This document shows positions 18,946-28,650 of a stretch of 64,000 bases of DNA, piece by piece. The notes below the pieces were generated by a model, which was not told the origin of the DNA, made no database searches, and saw only the letters and a list, made by a program, of their open reading frames with translations. How positions within the stretch are numbered: position 1 is the first letter of the stretch; the number at the start of each line of letters is the position of its first letter. The DNA is from Treponemataceae bacterium. GTDB taxonomy: Bacteria > Spirochaetota > Spirochaetia > Treponematales > Rectinemataceae. The DNA is taken from NCBI GenBank assembly GCA_963678065.2, contig CAXXVZ010000004.1, forward strand, positions 416,001 to 480,000. The letters are read 5' to 3'. A program made the translations under genes and the position numbers.

Positions 18946-20442
18946 ATGGCTGCAAGACTGTCGCCGGTTCAGATCATCAGGCGGATAACGCTCGGAATAT
19001 CGCTCGTCGGTTTGACGATCCTCACCATTCTGCATCAAAAAATACAGGGTATTCCTTCGATCGACGCCCTCGATCCCTTCGGGGGACTGGAAACACTGCT
19101 CAAATATGTGGCGGGCGGCGAGTTCATCAAAAAAATCGAGCCTGGGACCGTCATTCTGTTCGGGGCTATCGTAGTCCTCGGCATCGTACTGTCGCGCTTC
19201 TTCTGCGGCTGGTTCTGCGCCTTCGGGGCCCTGCAGGGCGTCTTCGGATGGCTCGGAAAGAAACTCTTCGGCCGTCGCTTCACGGTTCCCAAAAAACTCG
19301 ACGCCCTCCTGCGCTGGGTCAAATACCCGCTTCTCGTCGCGATCATCTATTTTACCTGGCGTGCCGGCGATCTCGTCATAAGGCCATACGATCCGCTGGC
19401 TGCCTTCGGGCACCTCTCGGCGGGCCTGTCGGCAGTCTGGGCAGAGTTCGCGGTGGGCTTCGTCATTCTCGTCGCAGTTCTCCTTTTCTCGATGCTCTAC
19501 GAGCGAGCCTTCTGCAAGTACATCTGCCCACTCGGCGCGGTCAACGCTATTCTCGGCCGGATTCCGATTTTCAGGATCAAGCGCGTCGATTCCTCGTGCA
19601 TCTCCTGCGCAAAATGCGATCGCGTCTGCCCCATGAACATCGATGTCTCCCATGCGGATGCGATCGATTCGCCGGAATGCATTTCCTGCATGGAATGTGT
19701 CACTGCCTGTCCCACGAAGAGAAACACCCTCGCGACTACCCTTGGAGGGAAAGCCGTCAAGATCGGCGCCATCGTGGCTCTCGGACTCGGCATCTACCTG
19801 GGAGCGGCGGCTGTCGGTCAGGCTGTCGGCATGCTTCGCTTCTCTGCGCCATCCCTGAAAGAAAAAGCCAGTCTTGGAACCCTCAAGGTCGAGGACATCA
19901 AGGGTTCCTCCACCTACGCTATGGTGGCGGAGTCCTACGGCGTCGACCTCGAGCGGCTCTATCGCGAGGCGGGCGTCGACGAGACGAAGGTGCCGCCCGA
20001 GACCATGCTGAAGGACACAGGCAAACTCGCCGGCATCGAGGGCTTCGAGGCGGACGCCGTGCGCGTGGCCGTGGCCAGGATACTCGGGCTGCCCTATGCG
20101 GGAGAGAAGGGCAATCTGGCTCCGGCGAGCCCCGCCGTGGCTTCGGCCGCCCCGGGTGTCGCTGACACCGCGAAGCCGACAGCCGCGGCACCTGCTTTGG
20201 ACACCGCGAAGTCGACAATGACCGCGGGTCCCGAGCAGGGCGCGCTCGTCGTGCCGGCCGATTTCGCGCTCGAAGGAACCATGAGCATCGACGACATCGC
20301 AGCGGCGCTGAAAACGACCACAGCGGCAGTCATCAGGAAGCTGGGCTTGCCGCCCGGCATCGCCCTCGACAAACCCCTGCGCGACATGAAGGACCAATAC
20401 GGTTACACCTTGCCGACGCTGAAAGAGAAGATCAAACAATAA
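18946..20442 (+). CDS. Membrane 4Fe-4S protein (NapH/MauN/Fer4_5-like) with extra C-terminal repeated domains
   Basis: RFFCGWFCAFG, FCKYICPLG, CISCAKCDRVCP, CISCMECVTACP; AAGGAG RBS. Confidence 0.9.
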   Translation: MAARLSPVQIIRRITLGISLVGLTILTILHQKIQGIPSIDALDPFGGLETLLKYVAGGEFIKKIEPGTVILFGAIVVLGIVLSRFFCGWFCAFGALQGVFGWLGKKLFGRRFTVPKKLDALLRWVKYPLLVAIIYFTWRAGDLVIRPYDPLAAFGHLSAGLSAVWAEFAVGFVILVAVLLFSMLYERAFCKYICPLGAVNAILGRIPIFRIKRVDSSCISCAKCDRVCPMNIDVSHADAIDSPECISCMECVTACPTKRNTLATTLGGKAVKIGAIVALGLGIYLGAAAVGQAVGMLRFSAPSLKEKASLGTLKVEDIKGSSTYAMVAESYGVDLERLYREAGVDETKVPPETMLKDTGKLAGIEGFEADAVRVAVARILGLPYAGEKGNLAPASPAVASAAPGVADTAKPTAAAPALDTAKSTMTAGPEQGALVVPADFALEGTMSIDDIAAALKTTTAAVIRKLGLPPGIALDKPLRDMKDQYGYTLPTLKEKIKQ

Positions 20443-20626
20443 CATCCACACGGTGGGCGGAATAAAATGCGCGGCCGACGACGCAAATTTGCTGCGTCGG
20501 CGGCCGCGCTCAGATCGGCAAAGCCGGCCTGAGCAAGAATGCAGGCAGCCTGGGCACTCCTCGGGAAAAGAGATCCGAAGACCGCGGGAAAGCAGGCTTT
20601 GAATCCGGAATCGCTCATGGATGGGC

Positions 20627-20800
20627 TCAGCTGAAGAACATCTTGATCGCTATCCCCGCCAAAAACAAGGAAAAGGCCTTTCTTGAGTACTGCCTCGTTC
20701 AGTCCGATTCCGAGTTTGCTGCCGAGATAGCCGCCCAAAAAGAAAAACACGGCGATCACGACTGCAGCGGGGATATTTACATCGCCTGCTTTGTAGAGGG
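20627..20800 (-). pseudogene. 3' remnant of a TSUP (TauE/SafE) family transporter with a frameshift
   Basis: ALYKAGDVNIPAAVVIAVFFFLGGYLGSKL...LKK, then a shifted frame AFSLFLAGIAIKMFFS*; no 5' part. Confidence 0.6.
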
Positions 20801-20909
20801 CGCCTGAACCCGAGGCGCCTTTATTACTTGAGGGCGCCTGAACCCGGGGAGCCCTTATTACTTGAGGGCTCCCGGACCCGGGGCGCCTTTATTACTTGAG
20901 GGCGCCCTC
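20796..20909. repeat. Tandem 34-bp repeat (about 3.3 copies), each unit a hairpin
   Basis: TTATTACTTGAGGG at 20821, 20855 and 20889. Confidence 0.9.
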
Positions 20910-21719
20910 AGTCAGGCCGGCGATGAACTGTTTCGAGAGGATCACGAAGACGAGGAGCACCGGCAGGACGGAGATATTCAGCGCCGCGAAGAGAAGGTCC
21001 CACTCGACCGTGTACTCGCCGAAGAAGGCCTGGAGTCCGAGGGGGATGGTCTTCTTCGCCTTCGAGCTGAGGAGGATGAGGGGGAAGAAGAAGTCGTTCC
21101 AGACATCGATGAAGTTGAACATGGCCACGGTCACGAGGGCGGGCTTCAGAAGGGGCAGGTCGACCTGCCAGTAGATTCTGAAGGGGCCGGCTCCGTCGAT
21201 GCGGGCCGAGTCCTCGAGATCGCGGGGGAGTTTCTTGAAGAAGTTTACGAGGAGGAACATGGAGAAGGCGATGCCGCCCGCTGCGTAGACCATGATGAGG
21301 GCGGTCAGAGTGTCCTGGAGATTCACCGAGCGGATGAGGAGGAAGATCGGGATGATGGCGAGGCGCGTCGGCAGGGCGAGTCCGGCGATCAGATACAGGT
21401 ACAGTATCTTCCGGAATTTGAACTCGAAGCGCGCGATGACGTAGGCCGCCATCGAGGAGACGAGGAGGATTGCGGCGATGGAGAGGGCGGTCACGATGAT
21501 GCTGTTCTTGAAATAACCGGCGAAGTTGGCCCTGTTCCAGGCGGCCACGTAGTTCTGCCATTTCCAGACAGCGGGAAAATTGAAGGGTTTCATGAAAATT
21601 TCCCGCGTCGTCTTGAAGCTCGACAGAGCCATGATGGCGATCGGGTAAAGGTTCAGGAAGGCGAGGAGCGCCATGAGTATCCATGCGAAAAATTTCTGCA
21701 CGGGGTTCAGCTTGAACAT
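20892..21719 (-). CDS. Carbohydrate ABC permease (MalG-like)
   Basis: DLEDSARIDGA, WNDFFFPL, FIAGLTEGALK. Confidence 0.95.
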   Translation of the reverse strand: MFKLNPVQKFFAWILMALLAFLNLYPIAIMALSSFKTTREIFMKPFNFPAVWKWQNYVAAWNRANFAGYFKNSIIVTALSIAAILLVSSMAAYVIARFEFKFRKILYLYLIAGLALPTRLAIIPIFLLIRSVNLQDTLTALIMVYAAGGIAFSMFLLVNFFKKLPRDLEDSARIDGAGPFRIYWQVDLPLLKPALVTVAMFNFIDVWNDFFFPLILLSSKAKKTIPLGLQAFFGEYTVEWDLLFAALNISVLPVLLVFVILSKQFIAGLTEGALK

Positions 21720-22618
21720 CACTCGCCCCTTTCCACGCGCTTTTCGAGCACGAACACATAGAATATCGACACGGGGAAGACCATGACGAAGATGAGGGTG
21801 ACGACAGCCGCTCCGAGGCCCATGCCGGTCTGGCTCGAGCCGAGACCGCCGAAGGCGATGCGGTAGAACAGGGTTCCGAGCACGTCGGTCGACCCGGCAG
21901 GACCGCCCTGTGTGCCTTCCATGGCGTAGACGATGTCGAAAATGTTGAATGTCCAGATGAACTTGAGCATGCTCGTCGTCGCGATGATCGGCCACAGGTG
22001 GGGAAGGACGATCCTCGAGGCGATCTGCAACTCGGTCGCGCCGTCAATCCGCGCGGCCTCCGTCATCTCCCTGTCCACCCCAAGGATGGCGGCGAGGTAG
22101 ACGAGGATGTAGAAGCCCAGGCCCCTCCAGGCAGTCACGAAGATTATAGTCGGCAGGGCGAGCTTGGTGTCGCCGAGCCAAGGCCGGGCGAGGGCCCCGA
22201 GGCCGATGAGCTTGAGGAGCTGGTTCACGAGTCCCCACTGCGGATTCAGAAGCAGCCCCCACAGGAAGCCGACGACGACGATGGCGAGGGTGTTGGGGAA
22301 GAAGTACACGACCTTGAGGAATTTTGTGCCCTTCAGGCTGGCCGCGAGAAGAAAGGCGAAGAGGAGTCCCGGAATCACCGAGAGGATGAGGGACCAGAAA
22401 AAGAAAACGATGTTGTGCCCGAGGGCCCTATAAAACTCGGGTTTCATGAAACCGCCGAGGATGTTGCGGTAGTTGTCCAGCCCTATGAACTTCTTGGGTC
22501 CGATTCCGGGCCAGTCGAAGAAGCTCAATCCCAGGCTCGACACGAAGGGATAGGCGACGAGGAATGTGTACAGGAGTACAGCGGGAACTATCATCAAGAG
22601 AAAAGAACGTCTGGGCAC
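21719..22618 (-). CDS. Carbohydrate ABC permease (MalF-like)
   Basis: FIGLDNY, PWLGD, EAARIDGA, GGPAGSTDVL; GTG start with RBS. Confidence 0.95.
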   Translation of the reverse strand: MPRRSFLLMIVPAVLLYTFLVAYPFVSSLGLSFFDWPGIGPKKFIGLDNYRNILGGFMKPEFYRALGHNIVFFFWSLILSVIPGLLFAFLLAASLKGTKFLKVVYFFPNTLAIVVVGFLWGLLLNPQWGLVNQLLKLIGLGALARPWLGDTKLALPTIIFVTAWRGLGFYILVYLAAILGVDREMTEAARIDGATELQIASRIVLPHLWPIIATTSMLKFIWTFNIFDIVYAMEGTQGGPAGSTDVLGTLFYRIAFGGLGSSQTGMGLGAAVVTLIFVMVFPVSIFYVFVLEKRVERGE

Positions 22619-22729
22619 GGCCGCCTCTCCTTGGAACAAGGCCTCCGCGGCCGTGCGGCAAGCGCGGCGGGGCGGAAGCCCATGGCATGCGGGCGGAGAT
22701 TCCACAGAAAACCGCCCGGAACGATCCAT

Positions 22730-22770
22730 CCGGCAGGGAAGCTTCCCTTGCGGGAGCTTCCGCTGGCCGG
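22730..22770 (-). terminator. Intergenic stem-loop after the substrate-binding protein gene
   Basis: GGAAGCTTCCC-ttgc-GGGAGCTTCC within a longer imperfect stem. Confidence 0.5.
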
Positions 22771-22780
22771 TACAGGGGAT

Positions 22781-24031
22781 TTATTTCTTGAAAGCGGGGT
22801 ACCAGGTCGAAATGCCGTCCTGGAGTTTCTTGGCCAGCTCCTCGGGGGTGATCTGGCCGAGGTACATGGCCTGCATCTGGTCCTGAAGAATGTTGTACAC
22901 GCTCGGGGTGCCGGCGTCGAAGGGAGAGCCGACCCAGTAGCGGTTCGCCGAAGCTATCTTGTTCATGAGATCGTAGCACTGGACGAGGATGGGCCTGTTC
23001 GCGGGCATCTTGACGCCCTTGACCGCCGTGATCTCACCCGTGATGCTGGAGAAGGACTCGCCGTAGGCCAGGGTGCCGGTGTAGTTCAGGACCTTGAAAG
23101 CGGCGTCCTTGGCTTTGGAAGCGTTCGAGAGTCCGTAGGATCCGTCCATGTAGGTGTAGGCGCGGGCGGGGAGGTTCTTGTCCTTCGGGGGAATCGGGAA
23201 ATAGTCGAACTTGAGGTCGGGATTGTTCTTGAGCCAGTTCGTCGTGCCCCAGACGCCGTAGAAGACCATGGCCGCCTGCTCCATCGCGAAGGTCACGTCC
23301 TGCTCGGCGGAGGTGTTGGCGGAGAAGTCCTTCTGGTAGTACTTCTTGAGCGCGTTGAGATCCTTGAGCATGTTGACGTACTCAGGATCGGTGAACTTGA
23401 CCTCGCCCTTGGCGAGCTTGCCGATCCAGGCCTCTCCGGGGTAGCTCACGCCGACCATCGCGTTCTGCATGGCGAGGGTCCAGGCTTCCTTCGCGGTGAC
23501 GAAGAAGGGTGTCACGCCCTTTTTCTGGAGCGTGTCGGCGATCTGCACGAGTTCGTCCCAGGTGGCAGGTTCCTTGAGTCCGTATTTGTCGAAAATCGCT
23601 TTGTTATAGAAGATACCGATGATCTGGTTGGCGAAGGGAACGCCCCAGGTCTTCCCGCCGGAGCGGATGAAGCTCAGGGATACGTCGGTGAAGTTGGAGA
23701 GATCGACCTTTCCGTCGAGGGCAACGAGGTAGTTGTTGTCCATGAGGGCCTGGGTCCTGGCTCCCGGGAGCCTGCGCGTGTACATGATGTCCGGCCCGAC
23801 GCCGCCCTGGAGGGAGACGAGGAGCTTGGAATCGTACTCGGTCGGGGGGAAGACTTCGTACTTGATGGTGATGTTCTCGCCCTTGGCCTTGAGCGCAGTC
23901 TCGGCGGCTTTCCAGACATCGACGTCCTGGGCGCGCCATCCCCAGACAGAGACAGTCGCTTTTGTCTGCGCGCCGAGGGGGATCAGCATGCAGGCTAAGA
24001 GAGCGAGAATGACGAGTTTCTTCATTTCCAT
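22781..24031 (-). CDS. Carbohydrate ABC substrate-binding protein
   Basis: GGAGGT RBS, signal peptide, GPDI, IFYNKAIFDKYGL.EPATWDEL. Confidence 0.95.
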   Translation of the reverse strand: MEMKKLVILALLACMLIPLGAQTKATVSVWGWRAQDVDVWKAAETALKAKGENITIKYEVFPPTEYDSKLLVSLQGGVGPDIMYTRRLPGARTQALMDNNYLVALDGKVDLSNFTDVSLSFIRSGGKTWGVPFANQIIGIFYNKAIFDKYGLKEPATWDELVQIADTLQKKGVTPFFVTAKEAWTLAMQNAMVGVSYPGEAWIGKLAKGEVKFTDPEYVNMLKDLNALKKYYQKDFSANTSAEQDVTFAMEQAAMVFYGVWGTTNWLKNNPDLKFDYFPIPPKDKNLPARAYTYMDGSYGLSNASKAKDAAFKVLNYTGTLAYGESFSSITGEITAVKGVKMPANRPILVQCYDLMNKIASANRYWVGSPFDAGTPSVYNILQDQMQAMYLGQITPEELAKKLQDGISTWYPAFKK

Positions 24032-24134
24032 ACCTCCTGGAGATGTGTTCAAGGCTGTCGGGAAAACCGGAAGGAATGTCTCCGGCAGCCGGTAAGCCAG
24101 TATCCGATCGTTTTTTACCGAAGTCAAGAACAAT

Positions 24135-24149
24135 TGAAACAATCTTTCA
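24135..24149. promoter_or_regulatory. Putative RpiR/MurR operator
   Basis: TGAAA-CAATC-TTTCA palindrome upstream of the sugar ABC; similar sites lie before murQ. Confidence 0.55.
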
Positions 24150-24216
24150 TAAAAAATCAAAATCCCCGCGATCGACGAAACATAATCCCGGAATGGGCAG
24201 AGGAAAAAACCCGGTC

Positions 24217-25674
24217 TCAGAGCTTCCGCTTCGCCAATTCGGCGCGATTCTTCTCCGCAGTGGCCCCATCGAGCCTATTTAAGGAGAGGAAGACGATGAC
24301 GCCGACAAAGAGAAGGATGGCCGGAATGAGGGCCGTGTGAAGCCTCACTCCGAATTTGGCCGCGTCGGAGCGGGGATTGCCCGCGAAACCGGTGACAAGG
24401 TGAACGAGCCAGAACGAGATGGCCTGGACAGCATAGGCGAGCCTGCCCGCGAAGGCGCGGAAGCCGAGATAGACACCGTCGTCTCGCACTCCGGTCGCGA
24501 GCACCATCTCGTCCACGACATCCGCGAGGGCGGGAGTCATCATGAGCCAGAAGCCGCCGAAGGCCAGCCCCCATGCGAACATCGCTCCAACGAATCCCCA
24601 GTACCCGGCCACGAACATGAGTGGCAGCGAGAGAATGCCGAGGGCGGCTGCCGAGGCGGCAAGCAGGGTCTGACTGCCCGCGATTTTTTTGGCCAGCGCG
24701 AGCCAGAGCGGCACCGCGGCGAGAGCCCCCGCGAGCATGCCGGCAAAGATGAGCGTCGTGCTCTTCCCGTCAAGGAGATAGTCGCCGACATAGTGGATGG
24801 AAGCCGTCATGGAGATCGTCGCAGACTGATAGAAGAAGTAGAGGAGGATGAAGGCGAGGAAGTTGCGGGTCTTGAGGGCGACGGCGAGTTGCCTGAAGAA
24901 GGAAGGGGCCTCGGTCCGCTTCTTTTCCTGAGCGAGGTAGCGTCCGATCATGTCGGGAGTTTCGCGGACACCCGGGCGAAGAAGGAGGGCTACGACAAGG
25001 GCGACGGCACAGAAAACGAGGGCGCTGGTCCGGTAGGTCGAAGGCTGGCCGTAGCGGATGATGAAGGTCGGAAGTACAGCCCCCGCCGCGATGCCGAAGA
25101 CGCCTATCAGGGTTCCGATGCCCGCGGCCCGGGATCGGTCGCGCCCTGAGCGGAAACGGTCCGGAAATATGGACTGGTAGTTCAGTTCCCAGGTCGAATA
25201 CAGGGCGTCGTAGAGGCAGATGCTTATGAGGAGCCATGCGAAGAGGACTGGTGTCTTCATGCCCCCCGGAGGAGCGAAGACCGCGAAGAAGGCGAAGGCG
25301 CAGGAGAGGCTTCCCGCGACGATCCAGGGATACCGGCGGCCGTATCGCGCGGTCAGGCGGGTGGGCCTGCTTGTGAAAAAGCCGATCAATGGATCGTTCA
25401 CCGCGTTCCAGACCGAGTAAAGGATCACGGCGAGGGCGACGAGTCCGGCGGGAAGCCCTATTTCAGTCTCGTAGAATTTGAAAACGAGGGCGGCGAAGCC
25501 GCCGGTGAGGAACTCCGCGAGAAACTTCCCGCTCCCGTAGCTCGCGAGAATGCCGATCCCGACCGGTCTCCCGTTTCCGACTGCGCTTCCCTGCCCCGCC
25601 GATCCGATCGCAGAGGCGGCCTTCATGCCCTTTCCGGCCTTTCCGGCCGCGGAAATACTTCTGTGCTTATCCAT
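24217..25674 (-). CDS. MFS transporter, glycoside-pentoside-hexuronide (MelB-like) family
   Basis: WNAVNDPLIG, YGRRYPW, ADVVDE...TGVRDDG; many TM segments. Confidence 0.92.
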   Translation of the reverse strand: MDKHRSISAAGKAGKGMKAASAIGSAGQGSAVGNGRPVGIGILASYGSGKFLAEFLTGGFAALVFKFYETEIGLPAGLVALAVILYSVWNAVNDPLIGFFTSRPTRLTARYGRRYPWIVAGSLSCAFAFFAVFAPPGGMKTPVLFAWLLISICLYDALYSTWELNYQSIFPDRFRSGRDRSRAAGIGTLIGVFGIAAGAVLPTFIIRYGQPSTYRTSALVFCAVALVVALLLRPGVRETPDMIGRYLAQEKKRTEAPSFFRQLAVALKTRNFLAFILLYFFYQSATISMTASIHYVGDYLLDGKSTTLIFAGMLAGALAAVPLWLALAKKIAGSQTLLAASAAALGILSLPLMFVAGYWGFVGAMFAWGLAFGGFWLMMTPALADVVDEMVLATGVRDDGVYLGFRAFAGRLAYAVQAISFWLVHLVTGFAGNPRSDAAKFGVRLHTALIPAILLFVGVIVFLSLNRLDGATAEKNRAELAKRKL

Positions 25675-25763
25675 TCGGGCAGGATAGCTCCGGCCATATC
25701 CGCGCGCAATGGTTGTCCGGCCCGATTTTCCGAAGACGCAGCGGGAAGATTCAGAGAATATTT

Positions 25764-25820
25764 TGAAAGCAAATTTCTTTACATCCGCCTTCTATCGTGA
25801 TAAAGTGTAATTCTATTTCA
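25764..25820. promoter_or_regulatory. Two putative RpiR/MurR operators at the murQ promoter
   Basis: TGAAA-N5-TTTCT (25764-25778) and TGTAA-N5-TTTCA (25806-25820). Confidence 0.55.
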
Positions 25821-25886
25821 GAAGCTATCCGGAAAAGCGGGATACGCATGGTCCTGAGGATCGGGATGACGGAGGATGAAGAAGCT

Positions 25887-26828
25887 ATGATCGACCTTAC
25901 GATAACACAGGACACACTCGAAAGCTTCACGACCGAAAAACGCAACTCCGCCTCGATGGACATCGACACGAAGGACAGCCTCGAGATACTCAGGATAATC
26001 AACGATCAGGACAAAAAGGTGCCGTACGCCGTGGAAAAAGTCCTCGCCTCGGTGGCGGCCCTCGTGGACGATGTCGTCGACTCGTTCAGGAAGGGCGGAA
26101 AACTCGTCTATATCGGCGCGGGAACCTCGGGCAGGCTCGGCGTGCTCGACGCGTCGGAGTGTCCGCCCACCTACGGCACCGACCCCGAAATGGTCCAGGG
26201 ACTCATCGCGGGGGGACGGGAAGCCCTCGTCCGTTCGATCGAAGGAGCCGAGGACAACGCGGAACAGGGAGTGGCCGACCTCGAGGCCATCGGATTCACG
26301 CCCGACGATGTCCTCGTCGGCATAACGGCTTCGGGACAGGCTCCCTACGTGCTCGGCGCGATGGCGCACGCGAGGGAACTCGGGGCTGTCGTCGGGGCCA
26401 TAAGCTGCAATGCCGGATCGAAGACATTCTCATACGCCAAGCACTGCATCTACCTCGATGTCGGCCCCGAAGTGGTGACGGGCTCGACGCGCATGAAGGC
26501 AGGTACGGCCCAGAAGCTCGCCCTGAACATGATAACCACGGCCGCCATGATCAGACTCGGCAAGGTCTTCCACAATCTCATGGTCGACCTCCGCCCCGTG
26601 AACCGCAAGCTCGTCGAGCGATCCAAGCGGCTCATCCGGCAGGCTACCGGCTGCAGCCCCGAGGAAGCGGCCTCGGTGTTCGAGTCTTCGGGCAGGAAAC
26701 CCAAGACAGCGATCATCATGATTCTCCTCGGCGTCGACAGGCAGGAGGCGGAAAGGCTGGAAAAAGCGGGCGGCGGCCCTATCGCCAGGGCGATCGCTCT
26801 GTATAATAATGAGCTTCACAACGCCTGA
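25887..26828 (+). CDS. murQ: N-acetylmuramic acid 6-phosphate etherase
   Basis: TEKRN, GAGTSGRLGVLDASECPPTYG, GPEVVTGSTRMKAGTAQK. Confidence 0.97.
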   Translation: MIDLTITQDTLESFTTEKRNSASMDIDTKDSLEILRIINDQDKKVPYAVEKVLASVAALVDDVVDSFRKGGKLVYIGAGTSGRLGVLDASECPPTYGTDPEMVQGLIAGGREALVRSIEGAEDNAEQGVADLEAIGFTPDDVLVGITASGQAPYVLGAMAHARELGAVVGAISCNAGSKTFSYAKHCIYLDVGPEVVTGSTRMKAGTAQKLALNMITTAAMIRLGKVFHNLMVDLRPVNRKLVERSKRLIRQATGCSPEEAASVFESSGRKPKTAIIMILLGVDRQEAERLEKAGGGPIARAIALYNNELHNA

Positions 26829-27717
26829 CACGGAGGCTCTCAAGATGCAGGATATCCCACCGAACATAGAGAGCGCCCTCGCGGCCATGCACGCGGGCCT
26901 CGACAGCCTCTCCGACGCGGAGCGGAAAGTCGCGGAGTTCGTCTTCCGCGAACCCAAAAAGACCCTCCACTACAATGTCGCCGAGCTCGCCCGCCAGTGC
27001 GGGGCCTCTCAGGCAGCCGTCGTGCGCTTCTGCAAGCGCATAGGCCTCGGCAGCTTCAACGATTTCAAGCTCCGCCTCGCCAAGGACGTCTTCAAGGACT
27101 CCGACGAGCGGTTCTACCCCGATCTCGACCTGGAATCCGAGACTTCGGCCGCCGTGGTCATGAAAAACATCATCGGCTTCTCGCAGCGCAGCCTTTCCCT
27201 CCTCGGCACGATACTCGATCCCGCCCTCGTGGACGCCGCGGCCGACCGCATCCTCGCCTCGACCATGACCGTCCTCTTCGGGGTCGGCGCCTCCGGCATA
27301 GTCGCCAACGACTTTTTCCAGAAGCTCCTGCGCGTCGGCATCCCCTCGTCCTGGACCGCCGACACAGACCTCCAGGTGACGGCGGCCTCCTCGCTCACCG
27401 CGACGAACACGGCCTTCATCGTCTCCTACTCCGGCGAGAACGCCGCCATGGTCGAGGCCGCGAAACAGGCCCGCAACCGCGGCGCCACCGTCATCTGCCT
27501 GACCATGGACAGCCCGAACACGGTGCGCTCGCTCTCGGACATAGTTCTCCTCGTGCCGGCCTCCGAGCGGATCTACCGCCAGGGCGCGGTCACCTCGCGC
27601 ATCAACCAGCTCACTGTCATCGACATCCTGTATTCCATCATCATATCCCGCAATCTGGACGCCTCCATCGCCGCCATCGAGCGGACCATGCAGGCCACCC
27701 ACAGGACGCGGGGCTAG
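26809..27717 (+). CDS. murR: MurR/RpiR family transcriptional regulator
   Basis: LSDAERKVAE, VVRFCKRIG...FKL, GVGAS, SYSGE; start may be 26845. Confidence 0.93.
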   Translation: MSFTTPDTEALKMQDIPPNIESALAAMHAGLDSLSDAERKVAEFVFREPKKTLHYNVAELARQCGASQAAVVRFCKRIGLGSFNDFKLRLAKDVFKDSDERFYPDLDLESETSAAVVMKNIIGFSQRSLSLLGTILDPALVDAAADRILASTMTVLFGVGASGIVANDFFQKLLRVGIPSSWTADTDLQVTAASSLTATNTAFIVSYSGENAAMVEAAKQARNRGATVICLTMDSPNTVRSLSDIVLLVPASERIYRQGAVTSRINQLTVIDILYSIIISRNLDASIAAIERTMQATHRTRG

Positions 27718-27723
27718 GACTCC

Positions 27724-28650
27724 ATGCCCGTATTCGGTCTCGACGGAGGAGGCACCTCCGCCCGCCTCAGGTTTTCGGACGCGGAGAATGTCTGCATGTG
27801 GGAGGGACGCGGCGAGGGAATCAACCCCAACGCCTCCTCTCCTTCCGTGGCCGGCGCGCGCATCGCCGGGCTTTTTTTGCGGGCTTTCTCGGAAACAGGC
27901 CTCCGTGCGCGCGACTTTTCGGCCGGATGTGCCGGCGTCGCCGGCTCCGACAGGGAGGACGAGAGGGCCTGGCTCGAGTCGGTGTTCCGCGTCGATCTGG
28001 GATTCGCCTGCCCCCTCGTCATCACCGCCGACCCCGACATCGCCCTCGCCGGAGCCCTGCGCAGCCCCGAGGGAATCATCCTCATCGCCGGCACGGGCTC
28101 GGTCGCCCTCGCCCGTCTGTCCGACGGCACGAGAATCCGCTCGGGCGGCCTCGGCCACTTTCTCAGCGACGAGGGCTCGGCCTTCTGGATCGCCTTCCAG
28201 GCCATAGTCCGCTGTCTGCGCTCGGCGGAGGGTCGCGATCTGCCGACAGCCATGATGCCCGCCCTCCTCGCCCACTTCGGCTTCGCCTCGCCCGAGCGCT
28301 TCGTAGCCCTCACCTACAGGGAATTCGACAAGGCCCGCATCGCCAGCGCGGCCGGCCTCGTCGAGTCCTTCCGCGCGGCGGGCGATCCCCTCGCCTGTGA
28401 CATATTCGCCAAGGCCGCCGGAGAACTCGCCGCGCTGGTCAGGTCCGTCCGGGATGCCGCGGGCGCCCGACTCGTCAACCGAAAACTCGTGCTCTGGGGC
28501 GGAGTCTTCGAGAACAACCGATGGTTGGCGGAAAAGGTCGGAGCCGAAATCGCCTCGACGATGCCCGACCTCGCCATCGCCGAGGCGGCGGAGAGCGCGG
28601 CCTACGGAGCCTGCCTCCTCGCCCTCCGATGCTCACAGGGGAGATCATGA
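27724..28650 (+). CDS. BadF/BcrAD-family amino-sugar kinase (MurK/NagK-like)
   Basis: GLDGGGT, IAGTGS, GGLGHFLSDEGSAFWI. Confidence 0.9.
   Translation: MPVFGLDGGGTSARLRFSDAENVCMWEGRGEGINPNASSPSVAGARIAGLFLRAFSETGLRARDFSAGCAGVAGSDREDERAWLESVFRVDLGFACPLVITADPDIALAGALRSPEGIILIAGTGSVALARLSDGTRIRSGGLGHFLSDEGSAFWIAFQAIVRCLRSAEGRDLPTAMMPALLAHFGFASPERFVALTYREFDKARIASAAGLVESFRAAGDPLACDIFAKAAGELAALVRSVRDAAGARLVNRKLVLWGGVFENNRWLAEKVGAEIASTMPDLAIAEAAESAAYGACLLALRCSQGRS

Noticed and set aside
20796..20909. CRISPR array
   Set aside because: Units are contiguous with no unique spacers, and no cas genes are present.
21998..23998. 666-aa plus-strand ORF
   Set aside because: Antisense to the sugar ABC genes.
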